Shown here: in pieces, positions 58,133-64,000 of the stretch | How positions within the stretch are numbered: position 1 is the stretch's first letter | Layout of the letters: each line of letters starts with the position of its first letter | Assembly: GCA_965208675.1 (NCBI GenBank) | Contig: OZ242351.1 | Location: 2,784,001-2,848,000 of the forward strand | Length of the DNA: 64,000 nucleotides | Origin: Candidatus Poribacteria bacterium | Lineage (GTDB): Bacteria; Poribacteria; WGA-4E; PCPOR2b | Direction: 5' to 3' | Notes under the pieces: model-generated | The model's database searches: none | The model's input: only the letters and a program-made list of their open reading frames with translations | Told to the model about the DNA's origin: nothing | Program-made: the position numbers and the translations under genes

Positions 58133-59209
58133 ATGAAAATACGAATAAAACTTTCAATCATGCTATCGGTGATATTCTCGCTGACGAACATCTACGCTAC
58201 ACCGGTTCACGGAAATGGCGAACACATTGACTCAATAACCGTATCAACTAGACCCGACAGCCACGCTCCTTTAGGGGTAATGGGTGACCATACTCATGCG
58301 AAAAGCGAGTGGATGTTGTCATACCGCTTTATGCCGATGCGGATGGACGGGCTCCGGGACGGTACAAGCCTGATTTCAACGGAAGACACCCTCCGCAAAT
58401 ATGCGGTGGCTCCCGTCCGCATGAGGATGCAGATGCACATGATTGGGGCGATGTTTGCGCCGCATAAACACTTCACGCTGATGGCAATGACGAGTTACGG
58501 AGACAAGTTTATGGAAATGCAAGGCGACGCGACACACGAACACTCTCATGGTAGTCACGACCATCCTGTGGGAGCTCATGAAATGGAAAGCAGCGGGTTA
58601 GGCGACACCAAACTTTCCGCACTAATCCCACTTCTCCGATCACATAACGCCATTGTGCTATTGAACGCGGGGTTGTCAATTCCAACGGGCTCAATTGCGG
58701 AAAAGGGTAAAAACGGCATTCTGCCGTACCCCATGCAGTTGGGTTCGGGCTCTTTTGAATTGATGCCAGGTATGACGGTCGCAGCAACACGGGACAATTG
58801 GTCTTTTGGCGGTCAAATGCGCGTCACCCTCCCATTGAACGAAAACAGTCGAGCCTACCGCCGGGGTCCAATGACAGCGTCCACACTCTGGAGCGCGCGC
58901 CGTCTAAACGACTGGGTCAGCATTTCTGTACGTGCACTTTTTGAAAGTTGGGGAAATATCTCGGGCAACGACGAAGCACTCAACCCGGAAATGGCACCAA
59001 CAATGGATCCCCGCCTTCAAGGTGGAGCACGCGGAAGCCTTCTCGCCGGAGCCAATCTCAATTTTCCCGACCGACTCGGTGGACTGCTAGCAGGACAACG
59101 TTTCGCAGTTGAATTGCAACTACCGCTGTATCAACACCTAGACGGACCTCAAATGGAGCTAGACTGGGGGCTCTTTGCTGGTTGGCAGTACGCCTTTACG
59201 CTGTGGTAA
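58133..59209 (+). CDS. His/Met-rich exported protein, probable outer-membrane beta-barrel
   Basis: Signal peptide, RPDSHAPLGVMGDHTH, MRMQMHM, HEHSHGSHDH, LPYPMQLGSGS and an aromatic C-terminus. Confidence 0.75.
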   Translation: MKIRIKLSIMLSVIFSLTNIYATPVHGNGEHIDSITVSTRPDSHAPLGVMGDHTHAKSEWMLSYRFMPMRMDGLRDGTSLISTEDTLRKYAVAPVRMRMQMHMIGAMFAPHKHFTLMAMTSYGDKFMEMQGDATHEHSHGSHDHPVGAHEMESSGLGDTKLSALIPLLRSHNAIVLLNAGLSIPTGSIAEKGKNGILPYPMQLGSGSFELMPGMTVAATRDNWSFGGQMRVTLPLNENSRAYRRGPMTASTLWSARRLNDWVSISVRALFESWGNISGNDEALNPEMAPTMDPRLQGGARGSLLAGANLNFPDRLGGLLAGQRFAVELQLPLYQHLDGPQMELDWGLFAGWQYAFTLW

Positions 59210-59247
59210 CAACCGACGGTTTGGGTTGGAATTTCTAGTCGCAACGG

Positions 59248-60438
59248 CTAGAATTTCGCTTTAATCTGCACTCGGGTCTTGTGCTGATTAGGATTTGATC
59301 CGGATGCAATAATCTTCTTAGCTATGAAATATAGCACTTCCACGCCGATATTCTTCTCGATTGGCAAGGCAAATTTCAGTTCATGCCCATGTGTATTCGG
59401 GTTAAATATATCGGCATTGTTATAGTTAGATATCATTGATGCCTGTTCCACCCTAACATAATGGTAGAGCGCACGCAAGTTGTTTAAGCGAAGTATAGGC
59501 CCGACTCCGACCTCAAACCAATACGCCGTGTCATCCAAATCCGCCAATCGATTCTGCGCATAAGACGCGAGAAGCCACGCCGGCACAGTTTCGATTTCTA
59601 GTTCATACTTCGCAAGCCCCTCAATAATTCGGAATCCAAACGGATAGACTGAGGTGCCTGTACCTGTGCCTACCCGCGGATTCGTATCCCCGCCGCCCAA
59701 CATGCCATCTTCAACCGCTTGGGCGATGTTGTCCTCATTTCGATATTCATAAAGCATTGCGCCGAACGACAATCCTTTGAGTTGAAATCCCTTGAAAAAC
59801 AGTTGCCCCGCAAAAAGGTTCGTATCCGGTCCGCCCTTTGTCTCCGCCAAAATGAATTGCGCCAGATTTGCCTGCACCTGCGAAATAAATCCTGCGTCGT
59901 CAATGCGGAACTGTTGGGCTGCCCCTTCCAACTGCACGTCGTTGTGAAAAACCAGCTCAACACGTTTAAACGGGTTGGCAAATTTGCCTATGGTAACCGT
60001 AAGGGACGAGTGCGGCGAATACCGGAGAAAAAGCCTATCAAGATTGAACCCTTTCTTCGAGAAATAGTCGTCTAGGTCAACATTGCCCGTGGTTGGGTCA
60101 TCCGTCGCACCTGTGACCATTCTGAAACCCAGCTTCACGCGTGGATGAACTGGAAAGTTGCCGCCCATACGAAAACGTATACGGTATCGATAGCGGCTCG
60201 GAGAACCGTCCTGAAAAATGCTCTCTTGGCGGAATCTTGCATCGGCAAAGAAAAACTCCTGCCAAAGCGGCTTAGCTAGCTGAGACACCTCTTTAACCGC
60301 CGGTGCTCTATTTCCGAGAACAGCCGATTCCTGCGCTTTTTGAATCTCGGATTCCCAAATCGCATCAGCAGAGGAGATTTGAAGCAACATGACGTTAATA
60401 AGTACGATAATGAGGGCGTAAACGCCGAGTTTTTCCAT
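59248..60438 (-). CDS. Putative outer-membrane porin
   Basis: Signal peptide, R.RYRIRFR, DPT..N, LDR, GKF.NPF and C-terminal ..IKAKF. Confidence 0.75.
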   Translation of the reverse strand: MEKLGVYALIIVLINVMLLQISSADAIWESEIQKAQESAVLGNRAPAVKEVSQLAKPLWQEFFFADARFRQESIFQDGSPSRYRYRIRFRMGGNFPVHPRVKLGFRMVTGATDDPTTGNVDLDDYFSKKGFNLDRLFLRYSPHSSLTVTIGKFANPFKRVELVFHNDVQLEGAAQQFRIDDAGFISQVQANLAQFILAETKGGPDTNLFAGQLFFKGFQLKGLSFGAMLYEYRNEDNIAQAVEDGMLGGGDTNPRVGTGTGTSVYPFGFRIIEGLAKYELEIETVPAWLLASYAQNRLADLDDTAYWFEVGVGPILRLNNLRALYHYVRVEQASMISNYNNADIFNPNTHGHELKFALPIEKNIGVEVLYFIAKKIIASGSNPNQHKTRVQIKAKF

Positions 60439-60572
60439 AGTTGGCTGCTCTGCGAGTTTTGGTGTTCAATGATTTAACGGTACTGTCCAGAATTTGGACA
60501 GTAAAAAGCGCTCTACACAACAAAATCGGTAGGAACTCTCCGTGTAGAAGTGTTTTCCGTTCTAAATCCCAT

Positions 60573-60588
60573 TGGCACGAGGATTGCT
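60573..60588 (+). promoter_or_regulatory. sigma54 (-24/-12) promoter
   Basis: TGGCACGAGGATTGCT is an exact consensus about 70 bp upstream of the TonB receptor ATG. Confidence 0.75.
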
Positions 60589-60655
60589 TATGCATAATAA
60601 CAGCGATGTCAAAATCTTGCAATCCAAAAAAAGGTGTTGGGAAGGAGTATTACCG

Positions 60656-62968
60656 ATGGCAATTAGACGAAAACAACTATGGATAGGATTGAGTTTTTTT
60701 CTTATCAGTATCCATCTCACGCATTCTAGAATGGCCGTGGCGGAAGCACACCCCATTGAGTTGGAGGAAATCACCGTCATAACCCGCGTCCCAAAAGACA
60801 GTTTCCGAACACCGAACTCGATTTCCGTCATTGACCGCGCGCAAATTGAACGCATCAACGCCGACATCACACCCCGAATTCTACGCGAAACCGTTGGAAT
60901 CTGGGCGCAGCAAACGACTGCCGGGCAAGGTTCGCCAATGCTGCGTGGACTCACCGGTTATCAAGCTTTTCTTTCTATAGATGGCGTCCGACTCAACAAC
61001 TCTACCTTTCGCTCCGGTCCAAATCAGTATTTGGGGACAATAAGTCCGGCTAGCCTTGACAGAATTGAAGTGTTGCGGGGCGCTGGCTCAATGCTATACG
61101 GTAGCGGCGCCATGGGGGGCGTCATTAGCATGTTCACCAAAGATGTAATCATGGAAAATGCCACGGAAAAATGGAACATCCAGTCCCGCACCTTCGGTCG
61201 ATTCGCTTCTGGAACTTCAGAACGGCTCGGACGCTTTGAGGTAATGGGAAACCGCAAGCGGCTCGGGTTTTCGTTCGGTGCGTCCGCCCGCCGGTTCGGT
61301 GACATCAATCCGGGCAGCGGTTACGACCTGCACTACAAGAACCGTAAATTTGAGATTGTCAGCGAAAACCCGTCAGGCGTAGAAGTCTTTGAAGCTCCGC
61401 CGAAAGATGTGCCGGAGCGTTGGCTGATTGACTCTGAAGCACCGCTGGATTGGAGCGCATACGACGCCGACGCCAAACTCGCTTACCAACTCACCGATAC
61501 CAGTGCGGTAAACCTCGCCTACCAACTCTGGCGTCAGCCGAAAACTCCGCGCTACGACAAGATTGCACCGCGCGAGTACGACGAGTTCTTTTTTGAACCC
61601 CAGCACCGAGATCTTCTCTATGCGACTTATTTGGCTGAACCAACCAACTCCGCGATTGACCAGTTTCGATTCACCGCCTCATTTCATCGGCAGAAAGAAG
61701 GACGGAACGAACTCTTGCGGGATGCCACGGAAAGGCGAGAGCGGTTTGATACCGTCAACACGTTTGGTCTGAGTGCACAGGCAACCAATTCATCGCTACC
61801 AAGGCAGCGAGTTGTCACAGGCGGCGAATTCTACTTCGATACCCTTTTCAGCCAAACCGTCAAGACCGACATCACGACCGGCGCCGAGAAGGTGGACAAC
61901 ACGAAAGGCAGGTTTATTGACGGCTCGCAATTTTGGGACGCGAATCTCTACGTCCAGAATGAAATCGAACTGCACCACCGCCTCGAATTCACACTCGGCG
62001 GGCGATTTGCGCGCTATAACACGCAAGCCGACCTTTCGGTGCGTTCCGATCAGTTTACCGATTTTAACGAATCTGGGAACGCGCTCACTGGCAGTGCAGG
62101 CATCGTCGTAGGAGTCACTGACGGACTGAACCTCGTCGGCAATATTGCCACATCGTTCCGTGCACCTTCGCTGAATGATACCACCGCCGTTGAAGTCACA
62201 AACGAAGGTATTGACTCGCCTTCGCCCGACCTCGAATCAGAGACAGGGTGGACAGCAGAGGGCGGTCTTAAAGCTCGCTATCAGAAGTTTATCGGTTCGC
62301 TCACGCTTTTTCACAGTCGCATCAACGATTTGGTCACCCGTGTTGCAGTCGAAGACGCTTACACTGGAAAGGCGCTGCCAAGCCTGATTACGGAAATCCA
62401 GCGAAACAATCCGGGCATTGATGTCTATGTGTTCGACAATGTTGATGAGGTGCAGATTCAAGGCATCGAGTTTGCTGGAATGCTCCCTATTCAAAACAGT
62501 TGGTCAATCTACGGAAACGCGGCTTACACGCGCGGGAAGGTGTTGGCGCTTAACGGTGCAGAACCTAATCCCAATAACCCGTGGGAAGAACGGATTCGCC
62601 GCGAACCGCCGCTCAACGGAATGTTCGGTATCCGCTGGCACCCGTCAGCTAGGCGGTACTGGGGAGAATTTTTCGTTCGCGGCGCAACCGAGCAGCGGCG
62701 ATTGAATCGCAGTGACATTCGAGACCCGCGAATCCCCGGCACTACCCGCGATACAGGTGAGGTCGAGTTTGATTCAAACGGTGCAGCGATTGGTCAAGGT
62801 TCGGCAGGTTGGGTCACGCTTAATCTGCGCGGCGGTTATCAACTGACAGATTACAATCGACTCACGTTTGCACTAGAAAACCTGTTGGATGAGCGGTATC
62901 GCGAGCACGGTTCCGGCATCAACGCACCGGGTTTGAATGTGATTGTCAGCCTAGACAATCAATACTAA
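60656..62968 (+). CDS. TonB-dependent receptor
   Basis: TonB box-like EITVIT, plug motifs (SPMLRG, IDGVRLN, RIEVLRG), FRAPSL and ENLLDERY. GAAGGAG RBS before ATG 60656. Confidence 0.92.
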   Translation: MAIRRKQLWIGLSFFLISIHLTHSRMAVAEAHPIELEEITVITRVPKDSFRTPNSISVIDRAQIERINADITPRILRETVGIWAQQTTAGQGSPMLRGLTGYQAFLSIDGVRLNNSTFRSGPNQYLGTISPASLDRIEVLRGAGSMLYGSGAMGGVISMFTKDVIMENATEKWNIQSRTFGRFASGTSERLGRFEVMGNRKRLGFSFGASARRFGDINPGSGYDLHYKNRKFEIVSENPSGVEVFEAPPKDVPERWLIDSEAPLDWSAYDADAKLAYQLTDTSAVNLAYQLWRQPKTPRYDKIAPREYDEFFFEPQHRDLLYATYLAEPTNSAIDQFRFTASFHRQKEGRNELLRDATERRERFDTVNTFGLSAQATNSSLPRQRVVTGGEFYFDTLFSQTVKTDITTGAEKVDNTKGRFIDGSQFWDANLYVQNEIELHHRLEFTLGGRFARYNTQADLSVRSDQFTDFNESGNALTGSAGIVVGVTDGLNLVGNIATSFRAPSLNDTTAVEVTNEGIDSPSPDLESETGWTAEGGLKARYQKFIGSLTLFHSRINDLVTRVAVEDAYTGKALPSLITEIQRNNPGIDVYVFDNVDEVQIQGIEFAGMLPIQNSWSIYGNAAYTRGKVLALNGAEPNPNNPWEERIRREPPLNGMFGIRWHPSARRYWGEFFVRGATEQRRLNRSDIRDPRIPGTTRDTGEVEFDSNGAAIGQGSAGWVTLNLRGGYQLTDYNRLTFALENLLDERYREHGSGINAPGLNVIVSLDNQY

Positions 62969-63152
62969 TCGAAGGGAATTTGCCGGAGGTCCAAATGAAC
63001 CGGAGGCCTCGGGAGATGCACCAAACAGAGCAAAGGTACATCTGAATTGCACCGATTTGTGCAAGGGCGGACTCACGAAAATAAATTCCAAAATGTTGGT
63101 ACGGCTGGAAATAACGGGCATACCGAGCCGAAAAACGAAGTGGTGAATCCGT

Positions 63153-63168
63153 TGGCACGTATTTTGCC
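63153..63168 (+). promoter_or_regulatory. sigma54 (-24/-12) promoter
   Basis: TGGCACGTATTTTGCC with GG-N10-GC spacing about 95 bp upstream of the WD40 gene. Confidence 0.68.
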
Positions 63169-63263
63169 CGCCCATTTAATCACCTCGAAGACACTGATTG
63201 AGTTTCGAAAACTAGAATTCTCGGAAGTGAGTATCTACGTGATGATTAAAGAGGAGCGAGACA

Positions 63264-64000
63264 ATGCAAGCAGACAAGAATAACCAATTCATTAAAACGG
63301 CACTATCCGTAAGATTCATACTACTCGTATTTGTAACGGTTGTATGTGTATCAAACAGCTCCGCCCAAGATTCTCCGCAATGGGGTCTGCCCGATGGCGC
63401 TAAGGCCCGCCTCGGTAAAGGTGTGATAAATGAATTGCAATATTCGCCCGACGGCACCCGCCTTGCAGTGGCTAGCGGTATCGGTATTTGGCTCTACGAT
63501 ACGGCAACCCACCAAGAGATCGCCCTAATCGCTGGGAATATGTCTGCCGAAAGCGCTGCCTTCAGTCCCGATGGCCGCACCATAGCAAGTGTAAGTGGTG
63601 AAACTATCCGATTTTGGGACGCCGATACGGGCGAACCCCTGCGAACTGTTACCGTATCGGATTCGGTCGAAAGCGTTGTGTTCAGACCCGATGGTCGTGC
63701 CATCACAAGTAGCACGATCTGGGATATTGTTGGCGACGGGGATGTTGTATATACCATCCGTCTATGGGACGCTGATACGGGCGAACTTCTACACACGCTC
63801 ACCGGGCATTCTAGTATTGTTGAAATCGTTGCGTTTAGTCCAGATGGACACACTGTCGCCAGCGGGGGTTGGGATGCTACCGTCCGGATGTGGAACGCTG
63901 ACACGGGCGAAATCCTTCAAACCCTCACCGGGCATTTTGGTAGTGTCGATAGCATTGCATTCAGTCCAGATGGCACAATGCTTGCCAGCGCGGACTTTTT
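63264..64000 (+). CDS. Secreted WD40-repeat protein (runs off window end)
   Basis: GAGGAG RBS; MQADKN..SSA|QDSPQWGLPDGAKARLGKG, then repeats FSPDG..IAS....IRFWD and LTGH. Not in the supplied ORF track. Confidence 0.9.
   Translation, partial: MQADKNNQFIKTALSVRFILLVFVTVVCVSNSSAQDSPQWGLPDGAKARLGKGVINELQYSPDGTRLAVASGIGIWLYDTATHQEIALIAGNMSAESAAFSPDGRTIASVSGETIRFWDADTGEPLRTVTVSDSVESVVFRPDGRAITSSTIWDIVGDGDVVYTIRLWDADTGELLHTLTGHSSIVEIVAFSPDGHTVASGGWDATVRMWNADTGEILQTLTGHFGSVDSIAFSPDGTMLASADF

Noticed and set aside
57500-58191. ORFs in the decarboxylase/His-rich gene intergenic region
   Set aside because: They overlap real genes on the opposite strand or lack RBS and motifs. This is probably divergent promoter DNA.
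63494-63904. Minus-strand 136-aa ORF with RPSGL repeats
   Set aside because: It is the antisense shadow of the WD40 repeats on the plus strand.

Overview
A 64 kb bacterial chromosomal window (standard genetic code, about 50 CDS). I recognised no rRNA, tRNA or CRISPR array. Several traits suggest Ca. Poribacteria or a relative (inference): a PhyH dioxygenase, a TolB/PD40 protein ending in a V.P..KL..TWG..K tail, and a WD40 protein with PQWGLPDGAKARLGKG. Housekeeping genes include purC, mqnC, actP, def, fmt, rpe, lspA, proC, yggS, yggT, tatAC and a DtxR-type regulator with a palindromic operator. Two accessory regions stand out. (1) At 18.6-29.2 kb a PAS kinase/sigma-54 activator pair is followed by a palindromic enhancer candidate and a -24/-12 promoter. 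These precede an AT-richer run of unannotated exported proteins: a 4-Cys beta-hairpin peptide, a duplicated-domain protein, two membrane-anchored proteins, a glycine-zipper hairpin protein, a GT-C glycosyltransferase and a GspC-like protein. Four of them appear to start with His after signal cleavage. (2) At 29.5-42.3 kb a surface-glycan cluster combines HddA kinase, a GDP-sugar dehydratase, a His-type (ColD/E1-like) 3-dehydratase, TPP E1 alpha/beta and a B12 radical SAM enzyme, which suggests an unusual branched deoxy sugar. Other observations are four sigma-54 promoters all in front of exported proteins, a hicA toxin gene broken by one TGA, a polar 53-bp tandem array built from the fmt 3' end, MITE/REP elements, IS5 remnants and a decayed GT2 duplicate. 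All functional calls come from motif recognition by eye; no database searches were run.
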